From an uncultured Pseudomonadales bacterium (lineage in GTDB: Bacteria; Pseudomonadota; Gammaproteobacteria; Pseudomonadales; Pseudohongiellaceae): DNA of 64,000 bases. Position 1 is the first letter of the stretch; every line of letters starts with the position of its first letter. Positions 17,024 to 27,853 of the stretch are shown in pieces. A program made the position numbers and the translations under genes. Where the stretch lies: contig CAWUSW010000034.1 in NCBI GenBank assembly GCA_963925675.1, positions 2,895 through 66,894 on the forward strand. The letters run 5' to 3'. Below the pieces are notes generated by a model that ran no database searches, had not been told where the DNA came from, and saw only the letters and a list, made by a program, of their open reading frames with translations.

Positions 17024-18054
17024 TGATTGCTCCCGGCTGGCATAGTGCTCTCACCATCTTGCTGGAGATTAAACAGAGCCAGGGCCTTCATCACCTGCAA
17101 ATAGTGTTCACTGCCTTTAGCGGGTTCAATCTTAATGACTGGCAATTCAAGACCATAATCATGCCCTCCTGCATCCAGTTGCAGCACACAATAAGAAAGA
17201 CGGGATAGGCGCTGTTCAATATGCATATCAGGAAACATATCCCACTTTAGCCAGATTTTATCGTCAACATTGGCAGAATACTCCTTGGTGTACATCCCCC
17301 GACCTCGCGCAGCAATCTTCCATGCCACATGACGCAAGGAATCACCACGCTGATAGTTACGTAAACCATGAAAATCATCAGTCCCCCGTGTGACATTGGT
17401 ATGACCACTGTCCTGTTGTTGAGAAGTTAACCAGTCAAGATCACACGTCTCGGGTTTGGGATAGACAAGACAGCGTAAATCCAGGTCAACTAATGACCAT
17501 GCACGACAAATGCCGAAAGGAAAAATAGTGGCTATTTTCAGTCTTCCGGGAGAAAACCAGCCTCTGTTTTCTGCAACAATATACAGACTGCTCCGTTCTT
17601 CTGTGTTCTCAATCAAATTGGCAATAACTGTGCGTGAGCCAGGATAATTCAACTGGACCGCCTCATGAATTCGTTTGCCATAACGAGACAGGATGACTGT
17701 TATTTCTGCATACTCACCAGCAAATATCGATCCCCCTGCGACTGCAGAGATATGTAAACCGGCAAGATTACGAAAGGTATATAAAATAGTGAGTATAAAA
17801 ACCCCGAGTAACCAGAACACCAGGGCAAAGGCGAGACTGATTTCGTAATTCACAGCACCGATAAACATCAGTGCGAGAACCGCCAGAAAACCGAGGCCTT
17901 GCTGATTTGGGATGATAAAGATATTACGTTGGCTGAGGATGACATGACGTGCGGGAGGAATCCTGCGCCTGATCCAGCTGAGGTGATATTTCTTCCAGCG
18001 TGAACCGAGCATTTGCCGCCAGCTCGGTTGTAGTTGTTGTACTCCTGTATTCAT
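17020..18054 (-). CDS. DUF58 domain protein (second copy)
   Basis: Two N-terminal TM helices, then DDFHGLRNYQRGDSLRHVAWKIAARG (DUF58 signature). Confidence 0.85.
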   Translation of the reverse strand: MNTGVQQLQPSWRQMLGSRWKKYHLSWIRRRIPPARHVILSQRNIFIIPNQQGLGFLAVLALMFIGAVNYEISLAFALVFWLLGVFILTILYTFRNLAGLHISAVAGGSIFAGEYAEITVILSRYGKRIHEAVQLNYPGSRTVIANLIENTEERSSLYIVAENRGWFSPGRLKIATIFPFGICRAWSLVDLDLRCLVYPKPETCDLDWLTSQQQDSGHTNVTRGTDDFHGLRNYQRGDSLRHVAWKIAARGRGMYTKEYSANVDDKIWLKWDMFPDMHIEQRLSRLSYCVLQLDAGGHDYGLELPVIKIEPAKGSEHYLQVMKALALFNLQQDGESTMPAGSNQ

Positions 18055-18087
18055 AGATGGTGACCAGGAATCAATTCGATAAATAGG

Positions 18088-19074
18088 CTAGAAAATATCC
18101 ACTTCATTGAGCAAGCGCTGTGAATAGGATTCACCGCTACGCCCGGATGTATCGGTAAGAGAGCGTAAACGGTGATCTACCACTGCCGGAAGAACCATTT
18201 GCACATCTTCCGGAATCACATGCATACGGTCATGCATCAAAGCCCAGGTGCGGGCACTGCGCATCAGAGCCATAGCTCCACGCGGCGAAAGGCCAAATGA
18301 AAAAAGATTATCCTGACGCGTATAGGCAACTATTCGCTGCACATAATCCAGCAAAGTCTCTGTAGCATGTACTTCGCCAATACGCTCACTGATATGAGTG
18401 ATATCTTCAGGCGATAATGTTTGCTGCATATCATTCAGGTTTTTACGCTGATCCGTACTGTTGAGCAGTATTCTTTCAGCCTGCGGATCCGGATAGCCAA
18501 TTTGCAGACGCATTAAAAAACGATCAAGTTGTGATTCTGGTAATGGATAAGTACCTGCAAAACTAATCGGATTCTGTGTAGCAATAACAAAAAATGGTTT
18601 CGGCAACTCGTGGGTATTATTGTCGATGGAAATCTGTCCCTCTTCCATCGCTTCAAGCAGAGCACTTTGCGTTTTAGGCGTTGTTCTGTTGATTTCATCA
18701 GCCAGGATCAGGTTCGAAAAAATCGGTCCCTGATGAAAGGAAAACTGTCCTGTGCTCTGATCATAAATTGTGACGCCAAGAATATCCGCAGGCAGTAAAT
18801 CGCTGGTGAACTGAATACGTGAATAGTGCAAGCCAAAAACTTTTGCCAACGCCTGTGAAAGCGTCGTTTTTCCCATACCGGGCTTGTCTTCCATTAATAA
18901 ATGGCCGCCTGCAAATAAACAGCATAGAGATAGACGAATCTGTTTTTCCTTCCCCAGCACTACTTTGCCAATTTCAGTGACAGCATCCTCGACTTTTGTC
19001 TGGATATGTATAGGGGATGTATCCGTGGACGATACCACGGATGTTGTTTCTTCGTTATTCACAATCTGTTCCAT
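18088..19074 (-). CDS. MoxR-family AAA+ ATPase (second copy)
   Basis: Walker A DKPGMGKT, Walker B ILADEINRTTP, ATQNPISFAGTYPLPESQLDRF. The start codon shares one nucleotide with the purF stop (TAATG). Confidence 0.92.
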   Translation of the reverse strand: MEQIVNNEETTSVVSSTDTSPIHIQTKVEDAVTEIGKVVLGKEKQIRLSLCCLFAGGHLLMEDKPGMGKTTLSQALAKVFGLHYSRIQFTSDLLPADILGVTIYDQSTGQFSFHQGPIFSNLILADEINRTTPKTQSALLEAMEEGQISIDNNTHELPKPFFVIATQNPISFAGTYPLPESQLDRFLMRLQIGYPDPQAERILLNSTDQRKNLNDMQQTLSPEDITHISERIGEVHATETLLDYVQRIVAYTRQDNLFSFGLSPRGAMALMRSARTWALMHDRMHVIPEDVQMVLPAVVDHRLRSLTDTSGRSGESYSQRLLNEVDIF

Positions 19075-20612
19075 TAACCGGCATTATGAAGATCAAGTAT
19101 GTCTTCATCCTCTTTTGAACGGGCAACACCAGAGCCCCACGAATTTCGTTTTTTCTTGGCGAATTCACTGCGCTTCTGTTGGAGTTTTAGCAGGTATTCT
19201 TCACTGACATCGCTGGTGACGTACTTGCCATTAAAGACAGAGCACTCAAAGTCCATTGGAATAATACTACCTTCAGCACAGGAAGAAATAAGGTCTTCCA
19301 GATCCTGAAAAATCAGCCAGTCAGCACCAATGGCTTGCCTGATTTCTTCAATGGTCTTGCCATGGGCAATCAATTCATCTACTGCAGGCATATCGATACC
19401 ATAAACGTTGGGATGACGTACCGGAGGAGCTGCCGAACAGAAATAAACATTCCTCGCACCGGCTTCCCTGGCCATATCGATAATCTGCTTGCATGTTGTT
19501 CCCCGCACGATGGAATCATCTACCAGCAAAACATTCTTATCCTGAAACTCCAGTGGCGTTGCATTGAGTTTTTGTTTCACCGATTTCTTGCGCTGGCTTT
19601 GTCCAGGCATGATGAAAGTCCGGCCAATGTAGCGATTCTTTACAAAACCCTCGCGGTATTTAACGCCAAGAGCATTCGCCAATTCTACTGCAGCGGTTCG
19701 CGATGTATCCGGAATAGGAATCACAACATCAATATCATGGTCAGGACGTTCTTTAATAATTTTTTGTGCCAGTTTTTCACCCATACGTAAACGTGATTTG
19801 TATACAGAGACACCATCAATCATTGAATCTGGCCGGGCGAAATAGACATGCTCAAAAATACAGGAAGTTAATTTGCTTTCCTCACAGCAGATACGGGTTT
19901 GTAGATTACCTGCCTGGTCAATATAAACAGCTTCTCCTGGTGCCACATCCCTGATCAGCTTAAAACCTTGTGAATCAAGAGCGACACTTTCGGAGGCTAT
20001 CATGTATTCATCGCCCTTGCGGGTGCGTTTTTTACCAAATACCAGTGGTCGAATACCGTATTTATCCCGAAAACCTACGATGCCGTAACCGACAATCATG
20101 GCGACCGCAGCATAGGCACCACGACAACGTCTATGTACCCCTTCAACAGCGGTAAAGACGTCTTCAGCAGTGGGTTGAATTTTATTTTGTACCTGTAATT
20201 CATGAGCAAATACATTCAGCAAAACCTCCGAATCGGAATCGGTATTCAGGTGGCGGAGATCATCTTGATAAATGTCTATACTGAGGTCTTCAGAATTGGT
20301 GAGATTACCATTATGGGCAAGACTGATGCCATAGGGGGAGTTTACATACAGCGGCTGAGCTTGCGCAGGACCACTGCTGCCGGCTGTAGGGTAACGGACA
20401 TGACCGAGTCCCATATTGCCAGTTAACTGACGCATGTGGCTGGTGCGAAAAACATCGCGTACCAGGCCATTGTCCTTGCGTAAATTGAGCTTTCCCCCCT
20501 CACTGGTGACAATCCCTGCCGCATCCTGTCCCCTGTGCTGCAGTACGGTGAGACTATCGTAGATCGCAAGGTTTACATTGGATTTTCCAACAATACCGAC
20601 AATTCCGCACAT
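19074..20612 (-). CDS. purF: amidophosphoribosyltransferase
   Basis: MCGIVGIVG Ntn-Cys start and PRPP loop [13 protein letters not shown]. 512 aa. Confidence 0.95.
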   Translation of the reverse strand: MCGIVGIVGKSNVNLAIYDSLTVLQHRGQDAAGIVTSEGGKLNLRKDNGLVRDVFRTSHMRQLTGNMGLGHVRYPTAGSSGPAQAQPLYVNSPYGISLAHNGNLTNSEDLSIDIYQDDLRHLNTDSDSEVLLNVFAHELQVQNKIQPTAEDVFTAVEGVHRRCRGAYAAVAMIVGYGIVGFRDKYGIRPLVFGKKRTRKGDEYMIASESVALDSQGFKLIRDVAPGEAVYIDQAGNLQTRICCEESKLTSCIFEHVYFARPDSMIDGVSVYKSRLRMGEKLAQKIIKERPDHDIDVVIPIPDTSRTAAVELANALGVKYREGFVKNRYIGRTFIMPGQSQRKKSVKQKLNATPLEFQDKNVLLVDDSIVRGTTCKQIIDMAREAGARNVYFCSAAPPVRHPNVYGIDMPAVDELIAHGKTIEEIRQAIGADWLIFQDLEDLISSCAEGSIIPMDFECSVFNGKYVTSDVSEEYLLKLQQKRSEFAKKKRNSWGSGVARSKEDEDILDLHNAG

Positions 20613-20650
20613 TTATTTCGCCCTATCCAAGATGAATGTTACTGATGTCA

Positions 20651-21136
20651 TCAGGCAGCGACCTGTTCAGTCACTGTCTGTCCTAAACCAAAAAAACCCT
20701 GCAGATAATCAATCATTGCCAAGGCATGTGGAACCAGTTTCGAGCCATCGAACCAGGCCTGTGAAATATCGAACTGGCTGCAAATAAAAATGATAACCAG
20801 GACAATGATCATACCGCGCAATACGCCAAATAAGGCCCCTAACGTTCTGTCTGCGCCTTTGAGCCCGGCGGCTTCTGTTAATTTCGAAATCAGGTTACTT
20901 ATCAGGGTACCGGTGAAAATAACAACAATAAAAAGAAGCGCGAAGGCTGCTATTCTGCGCAAGCTGGGATTATTAATTAAATTTTCCATTAAATCAGCAA
21001 GTTGCGAGCTAAATAGAGTACCTGCCACGATTGCTGCAAACCAACTTGCCAGAGAAAGCGCTTCCTTGATCAGGCCCCTGAATACCCCTAACAAGGCAGA
21101 AATAACAACTATGCCAACTATGATGATATCGATCAT
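20651..21136 (-). CDS. cvpA: colicin V production protein CvpA
   Basis: 161-aa four-TM protein in the conserved position upstream of purF (dedD-cvpA-purF). Confidence 0.85.
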   Translation of the reverse strand: MIDIIIVGIVVISALLGVFRGLIKEALSLASWFAAIVAGTLFSSQLADLMENLINNPSLRRIAAFALLFIVVIFTGTLISNLISKLTEAAGLKGADRTLGALFGVLRGMIIVLVIIFICSQFDISQAWFDGSKLVPHALAMIDYLQGFFGLGQTVTEQVAA

Positions 21137-21152
21137 CTTTTATAGCTGTCCG

Positions 21153-21716
21153 TTATTGCTCAAGTTCATCGATAGTGAACTGAACGACAACACCTTCCAG
21201 TTCAAACTCCTCAGCTAGCTCCTGCTGCAATCTTCCAGCTTCCGACTCCGTTAGCACGGGACCAACATAAACACCGGTAAGAAGTCCCCTGCTTGAATTA
21301 ATAGGTCTGCTGAAGCCTTTGTATTTCTGCTCTCTGAGACGGCTTACCAGGGCTTCTGCATTAGACTTTTCACCAAAAGAGCCTAAACGCACTGTCCAGG
21401 TTTCGGGAATGCCCGCTGTATCCAATTTCGGTCTCTCAGGCGCTGGTGGGAGTGATGCATTGCCCGAATTCGTTGCTTGCCGGGTTGGTGCTGATGTTTC
21501 AACACTTTTTTCGGCAATAGAAAGCTTGTCAGAAGATATTTCAGGTCTGAGCGGTTCTATGTCGGGAACAACAGGCATGGGGGGAGAATCCGGAATGGAG
21601 CCGCTCATTTCAGGGGGGGAGACGCCTTCTCCATCCAGAAGTACCGGGATGAAGATAATCGCCAGACAACCAACAACTACCGTTCCTATTAGTCGCTGTT
21701 TCATCGCTATATTCAA
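21153..21716 (-). CDS. dedD: SPOR-domain cell division protein (DedD-like)
   Basis: N-terminal TM helix, Pro-rich linker, C-terminal SPOR (WTVRLGSFGEKSNAEALVSRLREQKYKGF...YVGP). Sits in the folC-dedD-cvpA context. Confidence 0.7.
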   Translation of the reverse strand: MNIAMKQRLIGTVVVGCLAIIFIPVLLDGEGVSPPEMSGSIPDSPPMPVVPDIEPLRPEISSDKLSIAEKSVETSAPTRQATNSGNASLPPAPERPKLDTAGIPETWTVRLGSFGEKSNAEALVSRLREQKYKGFSRPINSSRGLLTGVYVGPVLTESEAGRLQQELAEEFELEGVVVQFTIDELEQ

Positions 21717-22993
21717 ATCAACTCCAGTACCGCAGAGACGGTAAAAAACGATCCGGTCACAAGGAGTACAGCATCACCATCTTCGTTTTGCTGACTGCTC
21801 AAATTCGCAGCAGTTATGGTTTTATCTGCCGCTGTGTAAGCCTCGGTGATGGTGCTGAAATAATTCACCGTGGACTCCCCTGTTTCGTGCAGATAATTAT
21901 ATAGTATTTTTCCTTCCAGTCCCCGCTCTTCCTCGATACTTGCGACATACCACACTGGCTTTAATTCTTTGAAACACTCAACCACTTCCTGATAATTCTT
22001 GTCCGCCAACATGGCGAGCACAATATTGATTTTCTTACCCGGAAAGCGAGCTTGTACCTGCGTCACAAGACGCCTGGCTGCATGAGGATTATGGGCCACA
22101 TCCAGAATTAGCGCATAGTCTTTTTGCACATGCTGAAAGCGACCAGGTAAAGCGGCATTCATAAGACCCGATTTTAACTGCTCCGTGGTGATTTCAGGCG
22201 CCAGCAAACTTATCGCCTGAAGCACTGTGGCACAGTTATCCAGTGGATAATCATTGAGCGGCAGTTCATTTAAGGAAATACTATCCCCGCTACTATTTGT
22301 TCCCTGCCACTGCCAGAAATTGTCATTTTTTTGTTCAGCATTGAAGGCAATCCCATTGGCATAGACCGTTGCACCGATACTATCGGCATGCTTTGTGACA
22401 CTTTCAGGGATGTCTTTTTCTCCGATCAGGGCAGGAATGGCAGTACGGAAAATTCCCGCTTTCTCAAAACCAATAGCTTCACGCGTATCGCCCAGCCAGT
22501 CGGTATGATCAAGGGCCACATTGGTCAGTATTGCCAGGTCAGGATCGAGAATGTTTACCGCATCCAGGCGTCCACCCAATCCTATTTCAAGAATTATATA
22601 ATCAGCTTTATAGCGAGAAAAAAGTTGTAATGCTGCAAGAGTGCCAAATTCAAAATAAGTAAGCTGGATATCGCCGCGTAAAGCTTCCACTGCAGCAAAG
22701 GATTCACACAACTCCTCATCACTAGCGAGCCTGTTGCCCAGTTTTACACGTTCGTTGTATCGCAGAATATGGGGTGAGGTGTAACAGCATGTACTGTGGC
22801 CGCCTTTCTCAAGAATCGCGGACAGCATGCTGACAGTCGATCCTTTGCCATTGGTTCCTGCCACCGTGATGATTTTACTGCCATCAAGACCTATAGGGAG
22901 CTTTGCGGCGACTTTAGAAATACGCTCCAGTCCCAACTCTATATTACTGGGATGACATTGCTCGAGATACTCAAGCCACTGTGCGAGATTCAA
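21713..22993 (-). CDS. folC: bifunctional folylpolyglutamate synthase / dihydrofolate synthase
   Basis: Mur-ligase P-loop VAGTNGKGST and TSPHILRYNERV. 426 aa, overlaps dedD by 4 nt. Confidence 0.92.
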   Translation of the reverse strand: MNLAQWLEYLEQCHPSNIELGLERISKVAAKLPIGLDGSKIITVAGTNGKGSTVSMLSAILEKGGHSTCCYTSPHILRYNERVKLGNRLASDEELCESFAAVEALRGDIQLTYFEFGTLAALQLFSRYKADYIILEIGLGGRLDAVNILDPDLAILTNVALDHTDWLGDTREAIGFEKAGIFRTAIPALIGEKDIPESVTKHADSIGATVYANGIAFNAEQKNDNFWQWQGTNSSGDSISLNELPLNDYPLDNCATVLQAISLLAPEITTEQLKSGLMNAALPGRFQHVQKDYALILDVAHNPHAARRLVTQVQARFPGKKINIVLAMLADKNYQEVVECFKELKPVWYVASIEEERGLEGKILYNYLHETGESTVNYFSTITEAYTAADKTITAANLSSQQNEDGDAVLLVTGSFFTVSAVLELI

Positions 22994-23067
22994 GCCCTAC
23001 CCCTGACTGATATTTTAAAAAACAGAATTGATAAAATTGTGAATCACCTTATTCTTTCAATCTGGAA

Positions 23068-23955
23068 TTAAACAAGCTCTTGTTGTGTTGATCGGTCTGT
23101 AAACTGAAACATCAGTTTTCCTACCAGAGAACTTATGCGATCACGCAGTTCTTTGCGATGCACTATCATGTCGATAGCACCATGCTCCAGGAGAAATTCA
23201 CTACGTTGAAAGCCTTCCGGTAATTTTTCGCGCACCGTCTGACGAATGACATCCTGTCCGGCAAATCCGATAAAGGCATTGGGCTCAGCAATGTTGATAT
23301 CGCCAAGCATAGCCAGGCTGGCTGATACGCCACCATAGACAGGATCTACCAGAACAGAAATATAGAGGAGTCCTTTTTGCTTCATCTTTTCCAAGGCTGC
23401 AGCAGTTTTTGCCATTTGCATCAGGGATATCAATGCTTCCTGCATGCGTGCGCCACCGCTGGTGGCAAAGCAAACCAATGGCAATTCTTCTGCCAGGCAT
23501 TTGTTCACCGCAAGAGTAAATTTCTCACCGACTACCGCGCCCATTGAACCGCCGATAAAACCAAACTCAAATGCAGCCACAACAATTGCCCGGCCTTTTA
23601 GTTTTCCTTTAACGACAACCATCGCATCGTTTTCTCCGGTTGCTTTTTTAGCCGCCAGTAGTCGATCCTTGTATTTTTTCAGATCACGAAATTTAAGAGC
23701 ATCATTAGGCATTATGTCTGCACCCAGCTCCTCCTGATTCTCCTTGTCGAGGAAAATTTCCAGACGGCGTCGCGCTGAAATTCGCATATGGTGATCACAC
23801 TTTGGACAAACATCGAGATTCTCATCAAGATTGTCCCGATACAATACCGCTTCACAACGAGGGCATTTTTTCCACAAACCTTCTGGAATACTGCGTGACT
23901 TGCTCGATTCCTGCGAGCGGCCAACAGAAGGAAGTATTTTATTAATCCAGCTCAT
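23068..23955 (-). CDS. accD: acetyl-CoA carboxylase carboxyltransferase beta subunit
   Basis: N-terminal Zn finger CPRCEAVLY...CPKCDHH, then the carboxyltransferase core GGSMG...SGGARMQE. Confidence 0.95.
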   Translation of the reverse strand: MSWINKILPSVGRSQESSKSRSIPEGLWKKCPRCEAVLYRDNLDENLDVCPKCDHHMRISARRRLEIFLDKENQEELGADIMPNDALKFRDLKKYKDRLLAAKKATGENDAMVVVKGKLKGRAIVVAAFEFGFIGGSMGAVVGEKFTLAVNKCLAEELPLVCFATSGGARMQEALISLMQMAKTAAALEKMKQKGLLYISVLVDPVYGGVSASLAMLGDINIAEPNAFIGFAGQDVIRQTVREKLPEGFQRSEFLLEHGAIDMIVHRKELRDRISSLVGKLMFQFTDRSTQQELV

Positions 23956-23984
23956 AGATACCTGCTATAGCAAAATTTAATTAG

Positions 23985-24029
23985 GGTTAAAGTCAAGATT
24001 TAACCTTGGTTAAGGTCAAGATTTAACCT
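23985..24029. repeat. two tandem copies (period 23 bp) of a 22-bp hairpin unit
   Basis: GGTTAAaGTCAAGATTTAACCT at 23985-24006 and GGTTAAgGTCAAGATTTAACCT at 24008-24029. Each contains the inverted repeat GGTTAA/TTAACC. Located between the trpA stop and the accD start. Confidence 0.8.
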
Positions 24030-24037
24030 GACTGAAA

Positions 24038-24850
24038 TCAACCATCCATTGCATCACGCATATCTTTAATCAAGCTGATATGCGCTTTCAATTCTTCAAG
24101 AGTATATTGCCTGGTAGCGTTAAGTTCTTCGATTTTATTGATCAGGGCGCTCCCTACCACAACAGCTTCTGCGATCTCGGAAACTTTTTTAGCACTCTGT
24201 GCATCCTTGATTCCAAATCCTACACCCACGGGCAAATCTGTATTTTTTCTCAAGCGCATCAGGTTTTCCTTAACCGATTCGATATCAAGATTTCCCGCAC
24301 CTGTGACGCCCTTCAGGGACACATAATAAACATAGCCACTGCTCTTTTTACAAATTTGCGCCGCCCGGGTATCAGAGGTAGTGGGCGCCACCAGGTAGAT
24401 ACGATCGATAACAGTCTTTTCCATGATTTCTTCGAGATCATGAGATTCTTCCGGCGGCATATCAACAATCAGAACGCCATCAACACCGGCAGCAACTGCA
24501 TCGTCAGCGAATTTCTGGTAACCCATGCTTTCAACTGGATTCAGGTATCCCATCAAGACCACCGGCGTCTGCTGATTCTCTTTACGAAACAGACTTACCG
24601 TGTGAAGAACATCATGCAGACTGGTGTTGTGCACCAGTGCTCTTTCCACAGCTCTCTGGATTACCGGTCCATCAGAAGTAGGGTCGGTAAAGGGATAACC
24701 CAACTCAATAATATCCGCACCATTGGCAACCAGAGCATGCATCAAGCCAAGAGTGGTATCACTATTGGGGTCACCCGCTGTCAGATATGGGATTAGCGCC
24801 TTGCGTCCATCGGCCTGTAATCTTTCAAAACATCCTGAAATTCTGCTCAT
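24038..24850 (-). CDS. trpA: tryptophan synthase alpha chain
   Basis: MSRISGCFERLQADGRKALIPYLTAGDP...ELGYPFTDP...GYVYYVS..GVTG. I prefer ATG 24848-24850 (GGAAG upstream) over the track start at 24874. Confidence 0.92.
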   Translation of the reverse strand: MSRISGCFERLQADGRKALIPYLTAGDPNSDTTLGLMHALVANGADIIELGYPFTDPTSDGPVIQRAVERALVHNTSLHDVLHTVSLFRKENQQTPVVLMGYLNPVESMGYQKFADDAVAAGVDGVLIVDMPPEESHDLEEIMEKTVIDRIYLVAPTTSDTRAAQICKKSSGYVYYVSLKGVTGAGNLDIESVKENLMRLRKNTDLPVGVGFGIKDAQSAKKVSEIAEAVVVGSALINKIEELNATRQYTLEELKAHISLIKDMRDAMDG

Positions 24851-24934
24851 ACTGCTGCTACTTCCTGAAACCATGTTGTTTTAAATAGTCTGTGCTTAAC
24901 TTTTGTTCTTTACTACCTTAAGAATAAAGTCTGA

Positions 24935-26155
24935 CTACACCTCAATACCTTCAATTTCGGCAACAGTGTGCATATCTTTATCACCCCTGCCAGACAGATT
25001 CACGATAATGATATGATCTTTTGGAAGCTTCGGTGCTTCTTTCATTACCCAGGCAATGGCATGACTGGACTCAAGGGCCGGCATAATACCTTCCACTTGT
25101 GTCAACTTACGAAATGCATCCAGCGCTTCCCCATCAGTTACCGAGGTGTATGAAGCGCGCTTGAGATCTTTCAACCAGGAATGTTCCGGACCAACACCGG
25201 GATAATCAAGCCCCGCTGAAATAGAATGCGTATCCAGTATCTGGCCATTTTCATCATTCATCAGATAAGTGCGGTTGCCATGCAAAACACCTGGCTGGCC
25301 AGTGCATAATGGCGCTGCATGTTTGCCTGTTGCCAGACCATAGCCCCCCGCTTCCACACCAATCATGGCTACGGACTCGTCAGGGATAAAAGGATAGAAC
25401 AAGCCAATCGCATTGGACCCCCCACCTACACAGGCCACCAGAGTGTCCGGCAAGCGACCGGTCATTTCCAGACACTGCTCTCGTGCTTCCCTGCCAATAA
25501 CACTTTGAAAGTCACGTACCAGCATTGGGTAAGGGTGCGGACCGGCAACAGTGCCGATTATATAGTAGGTATTGTCTACATTTGTTGCCCAGTCTCTGAG
25601 AGCCTCATTCATTGCATCTTTCAATGTGCGGGAACCTGAATCGACACCGATGACATTAGCTCCCAGCATTTTCATACGGTAAACATTGGCGGACTGGCGA
25701 TGTATATCCTCAACGCCCATGTAAACATGACACTCCAGACCTAGACGGGCAGCGACGGTAGCAGAAGCGACACCATGCTGTCCGGCACCGGTTTCTGCAA
25801 TAATTCGTGTTTTCCCCATGGCTCTGGCCAGTAAGGCCTGGCCAATGGTGTTGTTTACCTTGTGAGCACCGGTATGATTGAGATCTTCACGTTTCAGGTA
25901 AATTCTTGCTCCACCGAGTTCGCTGGTAAGTCTTTCCGCAAAATACAGCGGTGAAGGTCGGCCAACATAATGCTTCAGGTCATAGTGAAATTCTTCCCAG
26001 AATTTAGGATCTTCCTTCAGCTCAGCATATTTCCGGTTTAACTCTTCCAGAGCAGGGATCAAGGTTTCACCCACGAAAATTCCGCCATAGGGCCCAAAAT
26101 GGCCATGTTCATCAGGACCACTGTATACATCATTTAACAAATTGGATTCAGACAC
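24935..26155 (-). CDS. trpB: tryptophan synthase beta chain
   Basis: PLP-lysine motif HTGAHKVNN and GGGSNAIG. The track start is TTG 26170. I prefer GTG 26153-26155, preceded by GAAGAGG at 6 nt. Either way the gene overlaps the trpF 3' end. Confidence 0.9.
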   Translation of the reverse strand: MSESNLLNDVYSGPDEHGHFGPYGGIFVGETLIPALEELNRKYAELKEDPKFWEEFHYDLKHYVGRPSPLYFAERLTSELGGARIYLKREDLNHTGAHKVNNTIGQALLARAMGKTRIIAETGAGQHGVASATVAARLGLECHVYMGVEDIHRQSANVYRMKMLGANVIGVDSGSRTLKDAMNEALRDWATNVDNTYYIIGTVAGPHPYPMLVRDFQSVIGREAREQCLEMTGRLPDTLVACVGGGSNAIGLFYPFIPDESVAMIGVEAGGYGLATGKHAAPLCTGQPGVLHGNRTYLMNDENGQILDTHSISAGLDYPGVGPEHSWLKDLKRASYTSVTDGEALDAFRKLTQVEGIMPALESSHAIAWVMKEAPKLPKDHIIIVNLSGRGDKDMHTVAEIEGIEV

Positions 26156-26816
26156 TTCTAACCTCTTCAATAAACTGCTTCATTAATTTTGCTGATTTAA
26201 TCCCTGGTGATTCTTCAACACCAGAACTCACATCGATCCCCCAGGGACGAACCTGTTTTATTGCCTCAGCTGCATTTTGGGGATTTATTCCACCGGCCAG
26301 TATTAACTTCTGGCTGAAGGTAAGGTCTTTAATTAAGTCCCAGTCAAACGTTTCTCCGGTACCGCCGTATTGCTCTTCATGCCAGGCATCTACAAGTATT
26401 GCCGAAGCCTTGGCATGGGCCTGGATCTGCCTGGCGACCTGCGCAGAATCCTTAACTCTGAGAGCTTTCCAGTAACTGCACTTGAACTGCTCACAATACT
26501 CTGGTGTTTCATCACCATGGAATTGAAGAATATCCAGTGGCACCTTGCGCTGAACTTGCCTGACAAAATCAGACTCAGCATTGACAAACAAACCGACAAT
26601 AAGCGCATTACCTTTCACCAGATTACTTATCTGGATAGCCTGCTCAATAGTGAGATATCTCGGGCTGGCGGCATAAAAATTAAGGCCAATAGCATCTACA
26701 CCACTATCGAGGGCATTTTGGGCATCTTCTTCACGCGTGATGCCACAGATCTTTATCAGGGTCCCGGGATGATCTTGCTTTTCTCCTGATTTCGCTGATT
26801 TCCCTAAATCGCCCAT
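26148..26816 (-). CDS. trpF: N-(5'-phosphoribosyl)anthranilate isomerase
   Basis: [12 protein letters not shown]...[12 protein letters not shown]...LQFHGDE...LAGGINPQN is a TrpF TIM barrel. 222 aa. Confidence 0.9.
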   Translation of the reverse strand: MGDLGKSAKSGEKQDHPGTLIKICGITREEDAQNALDSGVDAIGLNFYAASPRYLTIEQAIQISNLVKGNALIVGLFVNAESDFVRQVQRKVPLDILQFHGDETPEYCEQFKCSYWKALRVKDSAQVARQIQAHAKASAILVDAWHEEQYGGTGETFDWDLIKDLTFSQKLILAGGINPQNAAEAIKQVRPWGIDVSSGVEESPGIKSAKLMKQFIEEVRSV

Positions 26817-27004
26817 ATTTTTAATACCCGGTCAGGCAAGTAAACTCGACAACATTTTGCAGCAAGCTGTCCCTATACTCCTGATTAATTATGTTTATTA
26901 AATTGCTGTCACTGGCATAGACTTAGCAACGACAGTCAAAAGGGAAAAAGCAGGTCCCAATTCTACCAAACAGGCCGCAATTTACCTATATAGCAACAAG
27001 CTCA

Positions 27005-27847
27005 TTACAGCAAAAAATCAGGCCCGGGTTCTGAATACGGTAGCTCAAATTCCGCTGGATAGCTGACATTTACCAGATACAGCCCATCAGGCAATGCCGT
27101 CACCCCGGCAAGCTTTCTGTCTCTGAAAGCCAGCACTTGTGCAGCCCAGTCTACCGGTTTTATGCCTTCCCCAATTTCCAGTAATACGCCAACAATATTT
27201 CTGACCATATGGAGTAAAAAGGCATTTGCTTCAACTTCTATAATCACAAAGTCTCTCTGCCGTGTTACCGCCAGGCTGACAATATTACGTATGGGGGTGT
27301 TTGCCTGGCATCCAGCCCCTCTGAAAGAGGTGAAATCGTTTTTCCCCAGTAATTGCTGCGCAGCCTGATCCATCAAGTCTGCATCCAGTTTACGGAAATG
27401 ATGGGTCACCAGATTACTAAGAATTGCAGGTTTTACCGGTTTATTGTAAATAACATAGCGATACTTCCTTGCTGTTGCAGAAAAGCGGGCATGAAATTCA
27501 TTACTCATTCCTTTCGACCAGCGAATAGCAATGGTTGAGGGTAGCATTGAGTTGGCTCCCCTGGTCCAGGCTCGGTCCAGTCTGAAATTTAAACAATCAA
27601 AATGTACAACTTGAGCCGTAGCATGAACCCCTGTGTCTGTGCGGCCAGCACATATCAGAGAGACTTGATGGTCTGCGACCTCACTCAGCACCTTTTCCAG
27701 CGTTTCCTGGACCGTTACTGCTGTGAATGATTTCTGTGCCTGCCAACCATTGAAACAACTTCCGTCGTATTCAATACCCAGCGCAATCCGTTCAGGGGTG
27801 TCATGAGATTTATGAGGGTCTGTCACCTGGCTGTCACTTTTTTTCAA
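27005..27847 (-). CDS. truA: tRNA pseudouridine(38-40) synthase
   Basis: RIALGIEYDGSCFNGWQ, catalytic Asp motif GRTDTGVHA, and HMVRNIVG. Apparent TTG start; the N-terminus is uncertain. Confidence 0.9.
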   Translation of the reverse strand: MKKSDSQVTDPHKSHDTPERIALGIEYDGSCFNGWQAQKSFTAVTVQETLEKVLSEVADHQVSLICAGRTDTGVHATAQVVHFDCLNFRLDRAWTRGANSMLPSTIAIRWSKGMSNEFHARFSATARKYRYVIYNKPVKPAILSNLVTHHFRKLDADLMDQAAQQLLGKNDFTSFRGAGCQANTPIRNIVSLAVTRQRDFVIIEVEANAFLLHMVRNIVGVLLEIGEGIKPVDWAAQVLAFRDRKLAGVTALPDGLYLVNVSYPAEFELPYSEPGPDFLL

Positions 27848-27853
27848 CGATCC

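Noticed and set aside
19335-19790. 151-aa + strand ORF inside purF
   Set aside because: It is antisense to a well-conserved purF frame and has no motif or RBS.
24080-24796. 238-aa + strand ORF
   Set aside because: It is fully antisense to trpA. Long antisense ORFs are common opposite moderately AT-rich genes, and it has no recognisable domain.
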